From Thermodesulfobacteriota bacterium (GTDB taxonomy: Bacteria > Desulfobacterota_D > UBA1144 > Nemesobacterales > UBA2774): a DNA stretch of 41,614 nucleotides. Numbering within the stretch: position 1 is the stretch's first letter; each line of letters begins with the position of its first letter. The translations under genes and the position numbers were made by a program. This document shows, one piece after another, positions 17,979-26,518 of the stretch. The stretch covers positions 1 to 41,614 of the forward strand of contig JBBDIN010000048.1 in assembly GCA_040880385.1 (NCBI GenBank), given 5' to 3'. The notes beneath the pieces are model-generated. The model was not told where the DNA came from, did no database searches, and saw nothing but the letters and a program-made list of their open reading frames with translations.

Positions 17979-20042
17979 CTAATGAGCCAGCGGATCCGGT
18001 CTATACTGTACTTTGAATACGAAACCCTGCTCCAGCTCTGTGTGGAGTATAGGATCTATACCGTAATCGACCCACCATGATCTGCCTTTCCAACTGCTTC
18101 CGTCGTCAATCCTTCCGTCCTGTCCTCTATGGAAGAATCCAACCGGATAAGGTACATAGGTTCTAACAAACTCTTCTGTATCTGGAAGGAATGTGATGAT
18201 CGAATCGGATGCAGTTCCTGTGCAAACAACTGCATTTTCTCCGAGCCCTAAAATGTTGAACTGGTCGACCCATGTGTAATAGTGGTAATCAGTTCTTCTG
18301 TCCGGAATGCCTTTGTAGGTAGCGCCAGGGATCTCCCATAGAGTCCAGCCTTCTGCGCATTGTTCTCCAGTGCCGAAGGTCTGAGCGCATTGGCTGCGGT
18401 CAAATTTAGCAAGATGGGAACTTCCACCCAAGCAGGTCCATATGTTGCCTTCCGTATCAGAGTCCAAACCTCTCGGTCCGAAACCCGGAGCAGGTGGAGT
18501 GTAAACCTCAAACTTTTCAGATGCAGGATCAAATCTCATTATCCTGCCACGAGCTCCCGCTCCTAATTGGGCAGCCCAGATAGTCCCGTCGACGAAATTA
18601 GGAATGATTCCATAATTGAAGCCGGGTGCTGGAGTATCTGCTATGCCGTCGCCGTCTGAATCAACGACCATTCTCCACCATTCCTGCGCATCTCCTTCCG
18701 TCCCTTCAGGATCGTTCGGATCTAACATGTCAGGATATATCACGCCGAGATTAAAGAAATCTCCGCTTAGCCATAGGTCGCCGTTGAAATCAAACTGGAG
18801 ATGGTGTGTGCCGAAGCAAGTATCGATCAGCACGAATTCTTGGGTATTTGTATCGTAATAACCCATCTGACGGTGTCCACCAAAAATGCCAGGGTCTCTT
18901 TCGAGGCAGAAATCCGGCAAGTTCTCAATACCCTCAGGACGTATCTGTGTGGTTATCCACACTTTGCCCGTATCGTCTAGCATAGGGTTGTGTGGGTTAG
19001 CAGCATTCTGATATGCTCCAGGGTAGGCTGTCGTTCCGCCCTCAGCTGGGCAGCCTAAAGTCGCAAATCCCGGCTGGTCGCACCAAGGTACGTTAAAGCC
19101 GTTTCGTGTCGGCACCTTAATCCTTGTCGTAGCATGAGTATTTGGATTAAGTTTTAACAGGTAGTCATTTCCAATATCTACGCCCCAAATTGGCTCGTTT
19201 GGATACATGGTTGGGTCACGTTTGTCTGTGGCAACCTCATCATGTGCATATGTAAAAAGATCTCCCCATTCCCACATCGTTAAAACAAAATTCCTTTCCT
19301 TTCCAGATGGTCTAGGAGGGGTAGGGGGTACTTCACCAGCTGCTATCCTTGCACCCCAGTCGCCTAACATTTCAGCCAGATTTTCTCTGCCTATTCCATT
19401 GGCAGTTCCGTTCATAGTACCCGCTTTTTTCCACCCGAAATCAAATGCTGCAGCATTCGGAAGCCTGGTATCCGGAGTACCGACCTGATGGCAAAGCTGG
19501 CAACCGAGTTTTGTTCTGTCTATTAAGTGGTCGCGTGTCACAAGCGATTCAGCCCAGCCATTCCCTTCAGGTCCAGTACCAGGAAAATCGCTGTTTGGCG
19601 GGAGCTCTATGATCGAGGCCCAATAATTAGCTGGGAAAATAGCTGCAGCCGCCTGAGGCGTGGGAGCCTGAACTCCTTCTAAATCCACCTCGTCACCAGG
19701 TGAAGCCTGGACCGGGTCAGAATCTACCAGACCGTAACCGCGAACCCATACATCATATGTCGCATTGGGAAGATCTGGTAAGACATAGTTTCCGTTCGAA
19801 TCTGTTACGACTATCTTTATAAACCTGCCGGGTGCTCCGTCATTGGTCGAGACTCCAAAGCTCTCTGCAATAACCCAAACTCCAGCTTCAGTTGAGCCGT
19901 TGGTGGTAACATTTCCGCAGATGTCATCATTATCTCCGCATCTGGTAGTGCCACTGCCTCCTCCACTATTACTACATCCACCATAAATTAGAGGAAGCGT
20001 AAATATACAACAAAACATAATTAGAATAGTAATTACTCTCAT
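17979..20042 (-). CDS. Large lipoprotein: CarboxypepD_reg-like beta-sandwich, single CXXCH haem-c motif, possible beta-propeller-type C-terminal region
   Basis: AGGAGGTG lies 8 nt before the ATG at 20042, giving MRVITILIMFCCIFTLPLIYGGC (lipobox). VVTDSNGNYVLPDLPNATYDVWVRGYG is CarboxypepD_reg-like. CQLCH is encoded at nt 19488-19502. The W/G/D-rich C-terminal ~450 aa only suggests a propeller; I did not delineate repeats. Stops are a TAG-TAA tandem. Confidence 0.75.
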   Translation of the reverse strand: MRVITILIMFCCIFTLPLIYGGCSNSGGGSGTTRCGDNDDICGNVTTNGSTEAGVWVIAESFGVSTNDGAPGRFIKIVVTDSNGNYVLPDLPNATYDVWVRGYGLVDSDPVQASPGDEVDLEGVQAPTPQAAAAIFPANYWASIIELPPNSDFPGTGPEGNGWAESLVTRDHLIDRTKLGCQLCHQVGTPDTRLPNAAAFDFGWKKAGTMNGTANGIGRENLAEMLGDWGARIAAGEVPPTPPRPSGKERNFVLTMWEWGDLFTYAHDEVATDKRDPTMYPNEPIWGVDIGNDYLLKLNPNTHATTRIKVPTRNGFNVPWCDQPGFATLGCPAEGGTTAYPGAYQNAANPHNPMLDDTGKVWITTQIRPEGIENLPDFCLERDPGIFGGHRQMGYYDTNTQEFVLIDTCFGTHHLQFDFNGDLWLSGDFFNLGVIYPDMLDPNDPEGTEGDAQEWWRMVVDSDGDGIADTPAPGFNYGIIPNFVDGTIWAAQLGAGARGRIMRFDPASEKFEVYTPPAPGFGPRGLDSDTEGNIWTCLGGSSHLAKFDRSQCAQTFGTGEQCAEGWTLWEIPGATYKGIPDRRTDYHYYTWVDQFNILGLGENAVVCTGTASDSIITFLPDTEEFVRTYVPYPVGFFHRGQDGRIDDGSSWKGRSWWVDYGIDPILHTELEQGFVFKVQYRPDPLAH

Positions 20043-20212
20043 ACTCTCAACACCTCCTGTGTGTGTATAGTTCAAAGTGTTTTCCTGGATAATTTTTCCA
20101 ATTCCACTCACTTGAACTATATAAAACGATTCTAATGTAGGGGATAGGTTAATGCTATAGATGTAACGTCAATATCTTTGTAGCGTTAAACATTACAGAA
20201 ATGTAATAATTG

Positions 20213-20228
20213 CTACAATTATTTGTAG
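20213..20228. promoter_or_regulatory. Palindrome CTACAA-TTAT-TTGTAG upstream of the haem-lipoprotein/oxidase operon (candidate response-regulator operator)
   Basis: Perfect 6-4-6 inverted repeat, with a further TTGTAG at 20178-20183. It lies in the 246-nt spacer between the response-regulator gene and the 20042 start. Confidence 0.3.
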
Positions 20229-20357
20229 ATGGTGTGTGCGATCTCAGCAGTAGGTGTTTGAGTCTAATAGTTACATAAATTAACTTGCAACTTTGTCTGC
20301 AATATTAACACTTACGAAGCAAAACCATTGTGTTTTATATATATTGGTATCTGCATT

Positions 20358-20999
20358 TTAAATAGCAGAAATATTAATTAAATGATTCCGAATTGAGTAA
20401 TGAATCAATTCAGCGTCATTTTTCGTATTCATTTTCTCTAGGATTCTGACTCTATAGGTCCTAATCGTCTGTTCGCTTAAATATAATTCCTCAGCTATTT
20501 GTTTTATTGATTTCCCTGTTGCAATTAGGCACATGACTTGATATTCACGATCGGAGAGTTTGTAATGTGCCGGTTTTTCTTCATCGGCGTAAATATCAAA
20601 CACCAACTTCTCGGCCAGTGACGGACTTACATATCTTCCACCTAAATGTATCTTCTTGACGGCTGAAACCAGATCATCAGGCATTGTATTTTTTGTGATA
20701 AATCCTGATGCGCCGGCTTTTAGTACCCTGAATGCTATCTGGTTCTCATCCAACACAGTTAAAATCAGTACAGGCAAATTGGATTTGAGCAATTTAATTT
20801 GCCTCAATACCTCAATACCATTCATATCTGGTAATTTAATATCCAGGATCAAAATATCCCATTTATTTTTGTTTATCTTTGATAATGCCTCTCTGGCATT
20901 TTCCGCTTCACCAAACTGGATATTTATCAGGCCCTCGGAAAGTATCTGCTTAACACCTTTTCTGATAACGGGATGATCATCCACAATAAGTACTTTCAA
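20358..20999 (-). CDS. Response regulator, NarL/FixJ family (REC plus LuxR-type HTH)
   Basis: MKVLIVDDHP...ILILDIKLPDMNG is the receiver domain. LSDREYQVMCLIATGKSIKQIAEELYLSEQTIRTYRVRILEKM is the LuxR-type HTH. Confidence 0.9.
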   Translation of the reverse strand: MKVLIVDDHPVIRKGVKQILSEGLINIQFGEAENAREALSKINKNKWDILILDIKLPDMNGIEVLRQIKLLKSNLPVLILTVLDENQIAFRVLKAGASGFITKNTMPDDLVSAVKKIHLGGRYVSPSLAEKLVFDIYADEEKPAHYKLSDREYQVMCLIATGKSIKQIAEELYLSEQTIRTYRVRILEKMNTKNDAELIHYSIRNHLINISAI

Positions 21000-23370
21000 T
21001 TTGGTTCTCCGTATAAGGGATGATAACTGTTACTGATGTTCCTTCATTAATATTGCTTTTTATAGTGAGTTCCCCGTTTAAAATATCTGTACGTTCCGTC
21101 ATCCCCAATAAACCTAGAGAATCCATACTCGTGATAATATCTTCCTTCATTCCTTTTCCATTGTCATTTACAATAAGTACGAGGTCATTGCAGTATGATT
21201 GAAGTGTCACCTTTACTTCTGTAGCCTCTGCATGACGTATTATATTTGTAATTGCCTCCTGAAATATACGGAACAGAGTAGTTTTTACTTTTGAGTCCAG
21301 AACATGTTCATTAATTGAAGAATAAAAGTCGATATCAATATTGGTTTGGGACTTGATGTTGACTATTTGCCACTTAATTGCGGCTTCTAGGCCAAGCTTG
21401 TCAAGAACCTCGGGTCTCAGTCTGGCGCAGATACGCTTTACTGTTTCAAATGCATTATTTATTAAAACTGTAAAATCGTCTAATTTGTTTACTATATCTG
21501 CGTGTTGCTTATCTTCAGGGAGTTCGTAACCTTGTGTAAGTTTATTAAAACTCTTTTTCAGCCATGAGACATCAATGGTCATACCGGTTAACATCTGGGC
21601 AAAATCATCGTGAATCTCACGTGCCACTTCTGTCCTTTCTTCTTCCCTATAAAACACCAGGTGTTCTGTAAGTTTGCGGAGACTTTCACGGGATTCTTTC
21701 AATTTTTTACTTTGGCTTATGTCTATAACTGTTCCTTCATAATAAAGAAAGTTTCCGTCTTTGTCATTTACAGCCCTTATGCTTTCAATGACATTTATGA
21801 CTGAGCCATCATTTTTTTGCCATATAGAATCAAGCTCGGATATCTTTGCATCCTTGTTAAGTAGTATTTTTTTTCCATTATACGGGATTTGGTTATCTAT
21901 GAAGTCATTATGCGTAGGAGATTTTGAAATCATTTCTTCAAAAGATGAAAAACCCAGTAGACTTATAAGTGTGGAATTTGCCATTAATATTTTTCCATTT
22001 TCGGATTTTCGGTAAATACCAGTAGGAACATTCTCATACAATTCCCTGTATTTCTTTTCGCTCTCTTTTAGGTCATCATATAATTTTGCCTTGGATATTG
22101 CTATCGACAGGTGGTCAGTGATAGAAGTCAGAAGTTTGACTTCATGTTGATCGAACTTATGGTATTTGTAGCTTGCAAAATAGATAACACCAATAACGGT
22201 TTTCTCACTTTTAATTGGAACCCCAAGCACTCCGTGATGTCCTAGTTGCTTTCCGGCAGCTCCTACATCCTTTCTGTTCTGTATATTTTCTACATTGAGA
22301 TGTTGGCCGTTATTAATAATTTTCCAAGTTATACCGATACCCTTTGGTATTCTGTATGCTTTGCTTATGTAGATTTGTGGAACATTACGTTGCGCTATCA
22401 GAACTGCTTCTTCACTTCTCGAGTCCAGCAGGTATAGAAAGGTCATATCAATATTTTCGAAAGTGGATATAATATCAAGAGCTATTTCATAAACTTCCTT
22501 TAGGTTAAGAGATTGGTGAACAGTTTTTACCACTCTGCATAAAATCTCCATATCCTTAACACGCTGCTCTAGACTACTGTCAAGTTTTCTTAACTCTTTG
22601 TGTTGCTCGAAAAGTTTACTTTTGAGCTCGGAATTGTCCGAAACATCTTTGAAATTCAAAATGATCTTTGTTTCTCCAGATGAAATTCTGTAAGGTTTTA
22701 TAGTACAATCCCTGAGCATCCAATCTCCTTTTTTGGTTTTGAATCTGAAAGAAAATTGTGCTGTAGAGTAGTGCCTGAGTGAGTGTTCAAATATTGACTT
22801 CACAATAAATAAATCTTCGCTATGAATATACTCCATAAAACAACCATCTATAATATCCGATGGCTCATATGTTATGTGACATTTGGAGTTAGAACTTACT
22901 GATAGGAACCGACAATCTTTGTCTAGTTCACAAACAACTTCATTTGTAATATCCAACTGGCTTGCAAGCTTATTTTCAAAATCTTTCAGCTCATTCTGGT
23001 AGGATTTGTATTGCGATATTCTCTGAGCTGTTCCAGCAAGAGCTATTGGCTCACCACTTTCATTTCTAATGCAAACTGAGTTTAGTAATATAGGAATCTG
23101 GGTGCCGTCTTTATGTATAATCTCTTTTTCATATTCTACGGCTCGGTCATTATTTAATATCAGGTTAACTACCTGTTCGTCTATAACATGGAATTCCGGC
23201 GGTGTAAGTTCTTGGTACCTTTTAGTGAATAATTCATCTCTACTATATCCAGTTAATTCGAGCCAAGCATCGTTAACCTCGAGCATATAGCCATCTAAGC
23301 CGGCTATGCCGACAGCAATTGCGGAAGATTCGTATATCTTTTTAAAAAATTTTCCAGTCAAATTTGCCAT
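20977..23370 (-). CDS. Sensor histidine kinase with PAS-PAS-GAF-PAS input and HisKA_3/HATPase_c transmitter
   Basis: H-box REIHDDFAQMLTG (HisKA_3 type). ATPase boxes FQEAITNIIRHA and VNDNGKGM. PAS-like and GAF-like segments lie upstream. The gene overlaps the regulator gene by 23 nt. Confidence 0.9.
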   Translation of the reverse strand: MANLTGKFFKKIYESSAIAVGIAGLDGYMLEVNDAWLELTGYSRDELFTKRYQELTPPEFHVIDEQVVNLILNNDRAVEYEKEIIHKDGTQIPILLNSVCIRNESGEPIALAGTAQRISQYKSYQNELKDFENKLASQLDITNEVVCELDKDCRFLSVSSNSKCHITYEPSDIIDGCFMEYIHSEDLFIVKSIFEHSLRHYSTAQFSFRFKTKKGDWMLRDCTIKPYRISSGETKIILNFKDVSDNSELKSKLFEQHKELRKLDSSLEQRVKDMEILCRVVKTVHQSLNLKEVYEIALDIISTFENIDMTFLYLLDSRSEEAVLIAQRNVPQIYISKAYRIPKGIGITWKIINNGQHLNVENIQNRKDVGAAGKQLGHHGVLGVPIKSEKTVIGVIYFASYKYHKFDQHEVKLLTSITDHLSIAISKAKLYDDLKESEKKYRELYENVPTGIYRKSENGKILMANSTLISLLGFSSFEEMISKSPTHNDFIDNQIPYNGKKILLNKDAKISELDSIWQKNDGSVINVIESIRAVNDKDGNFLYYEGTVIDISQSKKLKESRESLRKLTEHLVFYREEERTEVAREIHDDFAQMLTGMTIDVSWLKKSFNKLTQGYELPEDKQHADIVNKLDDFTVLINNAFETVKRICARLRPEVLDKLGLEAAIKWQIVNIKSQTNIDIDFYSSINEHVLDSKVKTTLFRIFQEAITNIIRHAEATEVKVTLQSYCNDLVLIVNDNGKGMKEDIITSMDSLGLLGMTERTDILNGELTIKSNINEGTSVTVIIPYTENQIESTYCG

Positions 23371-23790
23371 ATTTAAGAAGAATCCTTTAGCCTTAAAAAA
23401 TAAAACCCACCTTATTTATAATTATAATCGGTCTAGCATTGTAATTGCAACTAAAAATATCTTTTAATGACATTTTGTTTTCATAAATACAGCTAATGCA
23501 AACATCTATATTCTGACACCAATTGATGTAACCTATACTAGATATGGGATTATAAATCACATGTAGATGCTAGTCTCAGTCTAACATTCATGAATGCCTA
23601 TATTGTCCATATTCAGAATAAGAATATATACACTAATTTATTGTTCAGTTTTTTCTGTCTTAGAGAAGAATTTGCATATATCTGTTATTAGTGGCCATCT
23701 GCAATATTTGCACCTAATTAACCAACTTAATTATAATTCGTTATTAATGGGGAGCAGTATACAGTCAACCAAAGACATAAATTGATTAAT

Positions 23791-23845
23791 CATATAGATA
23801 GGAATAGAATAGAAGCCATAGATAGACTATGAAATATAGAATATT
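23791..23845. repeat. Cluster of ATAGA pentamers in an AT-rich non-coding region (iteron-like)
   Basis: CATATAGATAGGAATAGAATAGAAGCCATAGATAGACTATGAAATATAGAATATT contains at least five ATAGA copies in 55 nt. Confidence 0.35.
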
Positions 23846-24239
23846 CGGTGGTAAATCTTAACGGAAACCGTCGAATCCTGCGACTTTTTTAAAAATTGGG
23901 GTATTATATGTGATTTTACTAGAAAACTGTTCTAAGCAGGTGAAATATGGAATGCAATTCTTAATAGGAGGATAATTACAACAAAACATTAGATGGGTCA
24001 AATTATCGAGTAGAAGCGTTCTAAGAAAAGAAAATATTAGGTTGGTAAAAATAGTTGAACTGTAAAGTTCGACCATCGTTAACTTATAAATACTTAGAAC
24101 TTCTTATAAAAACTTTTTATTTATATATACTGAATTAATCTATGAGCAATACTGAAATAGTATTTATAGCAGATCTGAATCAATATATTTCAATACTTAA
24201 AATTTATGGTGGCAGTTCTTAATATTTACACTTTGTTTT

Positions 24240-25061
24240 TTATATTCTCGGCTTTAGATAAACTTTAAATAGAATTTTATTGTTATCAACTCTCTCTATC
24301 AATCTGTGATTTTCTAATTGTTCTAGTATTGGTTTTATATTGGTTGGAGTTATATCAACCAATCTGCACAAATCTACTAGAGTGCAGTTACAGATATCCC
24401 ATTTGCGATCAAGATAATTGCTTCCTTCTACTACTTCATACACATCCTTTGTGGCATAATCTAATTCTAAATCTTCTATCTCTATGTATAGCATGGCATT
24501 AAAGTGAGCGCTCATTCTCATTGATAAATATAATGCTTTTGCTCTTGGTTTTAGGTTTGCCCAGACACCACTATCAACTATGCACTTGTGGAAAGTGAAG
24601 TATTCACCTTCCCACTCTTCAATATAGTCTTTTCGAATAAAATTAACTGCATAAACATAAAAATGACGAGTACCTTGTGTCTGTTTATGTTTTTCTAAAA
24701 AAGGTTCGCCGATAAAAGATTTTTTTTCCAAATCCTTAATACCTTTTCTGACTGTGTTGACATCGATGCCAGCCATACTTGCTATATTTTTCTGAGATAT
24801 TTGAAACCACTTGTTCTGTTCAAAATTTGATTGAAGACATAGGACTGGATAGATAGCAATTGAAGGTAAAGACATACAGAAGTCTTCGTCAAACTTTGGG
24901 AAGAAAAAAAATCGATTTGTATTGATATCTGCTGATTTCGGAAATTCAAATTCTTTTGGCTTGGTGTATATTTGGTTAAAAAGAAATTTTTGATGTTCTA
25001 TTCTTTTCCTTTTACCTCTTTCAACATCGGCTTTTACTCTTTCTTTCCAATTAATTTTCAT
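24240..25061 (-). CDS. Rep-like protein with two RepA_N-type winged-helix segments
   Basis: FFFFPKFDEDFCMSLPSIAIYPVLCLQSN...WFQISQKNIASMAGIDVNTVRKGIKDLEKKSFI follows the RepA_N pattern (FxxxPK...L...A..lY..L...W...S...ia...g.s..ti.k.ik.Le...li). A second similar segment is FTFHKCIVDSGVWANLKPRAKALYLSM...LVDLCRLVDITPTNIKPILEQLENHRLI. Confidence 0.55.
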   Translation of the reverse strand: MKINWKERVKADVERGKRKRIEHQKFLFNQIYTKPKEFEFPKSADINTNRFFFFPKFDEDFCMSLPSIAIYPVLCLQSNFEQNKWFQISQKNIASMAGIDVNTVRKGIKDLEKKSFIGEPFLEKHKQTQGTRHFYVYAVNFIRKDYIEEWEGEYFTFHKCIVDSGVWANLKPRAKALYLSMRMSAHFNAMLYIEIEDLELDYATKDVYEVVEGSNYLDRKWDICNCTLVDLCRLVDITPTNIKPILEQLENHRLIERVDNNKILFKVYLKPRI

Positions 25062-25064
25062 ATT

Positions 25065-25163
25065 CTGCCCTCTTATTTTGATATCCTGCCCTAAATTTAT
25101 TTAACTGGGGACACGCGGGGCAGGTCGCTTCAGCAGTGTAGCTAGTCACTACCTAGTCCCCAG
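25065..25163 (-). promoter_or_regulatory. GC-rich structured leader upstream of the Rep-like gene (CTGCCC repeats plus an 8-bp stem)
   Basis: CTGCCCT occurs at 25065-25071 (overlapping the RBS on the minus strand) and at 25086-25092. The inverted copy GGGGCAGG is at 25117-25124. Stem CTGGGGAC (25105-25112) pairs with GTCCCCAG (25156-25163). This is a GC-rich patch in an AT-rich spacer. Confidence 0.4.
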
Positions 25164-25313
25164 ATTTTATTCTATAGAGTTCGCTGAAACAAAACTTTCA
25201 CTCACTAAGGAAAACGATTTTAATATCATTTACGCCTTGTTTTTTAGTTCAAATCACGTATTGACCATTAAAATCTCCTATATTGTCAAAAATGAAACTG
25301 TTACATTTATGTA

Positions 25314-26120
25314 TCAATTACATTTTTCGTCTAACTCTTTTATCATAGTGTTAATTTGTATTGTGAATCTCTCTAACATCTTAATGATCTCATAATCTTC
25401 CTCGTCTCTAATTAAAGCTTCTTCATCAGTGTATTTCTCAATCAAAGGATTAGATGGATTTATATTCGGCAGTTTCTCAATCTTTTTCAGTCTATCGCTT
25501 ATTAATTGATTCAGCCCTTTGAGTTCAATTATATACTTTTCCCGAATTGATATATCCTTTTGTTTTTTTAACAAATCTTGTACTACTTTGTCAGTAGTTT
25601 TGACTTCTCTGTTTCTAAATTGAATGGCTATTTTTACTAATTCTTTCTTTTTCACATCTACTTTCCCATTTACTCCTTCAAATAGGGCTTGACGTAAATC
25701 AACAGGAAAATCAGGACTGGTAATTACATATAAACAAGAAGGATTAAAATACTCAACCACCTCAGGATGTCCCATGCAGGCTCTATAAACTTTCATAAAG
25801 TTATGAGCTGTTTTTCTACAAAATTCGAAATTATTGTCAATCCAATTTTGGAACTCACCATGTCTGAGAATTGTTTTAAGCTCACATAATAACTTGCCTA
25901 TCTCGAAAATATGATATTTAAATGCTTTGCATCTAATGAATAATTCTTCCCGAATCGCATCCACATAGTTTTCAACAAACTCCCTTTTCTCAAAATCATC
26001 TTTATATAATTCTTGTCTCTCATCCCTTAATCTTTTCGCTTCGAAAATTAGTTGTAATCCCGGTTCTGTTGTTCTATAATCGAGTACTTTCTTATTTTTT
26101 GTTATTGGATATATGTACAT
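25314..26120 (-). CDS. DUF3102-domain protein (plasmid/phage-associated family)
   Basis: RHGEFQNWIDNNFEFCRKTAHNFMKVYR matches the DUF3102 core pattern (G.w..Wl..n...s.rtA..yM.v). The start overlaps the upstream stop as TAATG. Confidence 0.65.
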   Translation of the reverse strand: MYIYPITKNKKVLDYRTTEPGLQLIFEAKRLRDERQELYKDDFEKREFVENYVDAIREELFIRCKAFKYHIFEIGKLLCELKTILRHGEFQNWIDNNFEFCRKTAHNFMKVYRACMGHPEVVEYFNPSCLYVITSPDFPVDLRQALFEGVNGKVDVKKKELVKIAIQFRNREVKTTDKVVQDLLKKQKDISIREKYIIELKGLNQLISDRLKKIEKLPNINPSNPLIEKYTDEEALIRDEEDYEIIKMLERFTIQINTMIKELDEKCN

Positions 26121-26365
26121 TATGCAAGCCTCCTTATATTTAGTGCCTCTACTTGACGATACAATTTTCTTTTTGAATTCCTTGGAACCCCAAGGATTCT
26201 TCTTTTCTTAACTTCATTTGTAGCAAATTCCTCTACTTGTTGTTCGGAATAAGCTAGGTAACATAGTTTTTCTATGTGCCAATTACCTTGACGCCCTCTA
26301 ATTCTTTTAGGAAAAAACCTTCCTGTTACAACTCTATTCTGGATTTCTACTTCGAAAAATGGCAC
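26120..26365 (-). CDS. Small basic hypothetical protein, first gene of the plasmid-like operon
   Basis: AAGGAGG (26374-26380) lies 8 nt before the GTG at 26365. The track ORF starts at the GTG inside the RBS (26374). The gene is translationally coupled to the next gene. Confidence 0.5.
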   Translation of the reverse strand: MPFFEVEIQNRVVTGRFFPKRIRGRQGNWHIEKLCYLAYSEQQVEEFATNEVKKRRILGVPRNSKRKLYRQVEALNIRRLA

Positions 26366-26431
26366 GTGATACACCTCCTTGTATGATGTTATTATGCAAT
26401 AATGACAAGAAGTTGTACTATGTAATATGGT

Positions 26432-26518
26432 ACGGAGTTGATAGGGTATGGAGAAGATAATATTCCCTGTTTGTTAATCCTATGTTAGATTTAAATTAAG
26501 AAGAAGTTAACATCAATT
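26432..26518. repeat. Right copy of long imperfect inverted repeat (IR-R)
   Basis: See IR-L. The inner end lies 67 nt upstream of the small-ORF start at 26365, so this copy occupies promoter/leader position. Confidence 0.9.

Noticed and set aside
23791-23845. The ATAGA cluster considered as a CRISPR-like or tandem-repeat array
   Set aside because: The units are 5 nt with irregular spacing. There is no 24-48 nt repeat/spacer periodicity anywhere in the window.
23861-23891. GTCGAATCCTGCGAC followed by TTTTTT, which resembles a tRNA T-loop/3' end (TCGAATCC) and could be an att remnant
   Set aside because: The five bases preceding the T-loop-like sequence do not pair with CCTGC, and no acceptor stem or remaining tRNA arms are present. 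It is more simply a weak 4-bp hairpin. I found no full tRNA in the window.
23594-24076. ORFs 23594..23785 (+) and 23858..24076 (-) in the AT-rich spacer
   Set aside because: They have low-complexity, hydrophobic/Ile-Asn-rich translations and no RBS, and they lie in a region that otherwise looks non-coding. I treat them as chance ORFs in AT-rich DNA.
25105-25163. A GC-rich 59-nt hairpin region, considered as a possible tRNA or tRNA-like gene
   Set aside because: It is too short for a cloverleaf (about 73 nt are needed). No D-arm or T-arm and no TTCGA-type loop are present. I kept it only as an unclassified structured leader.
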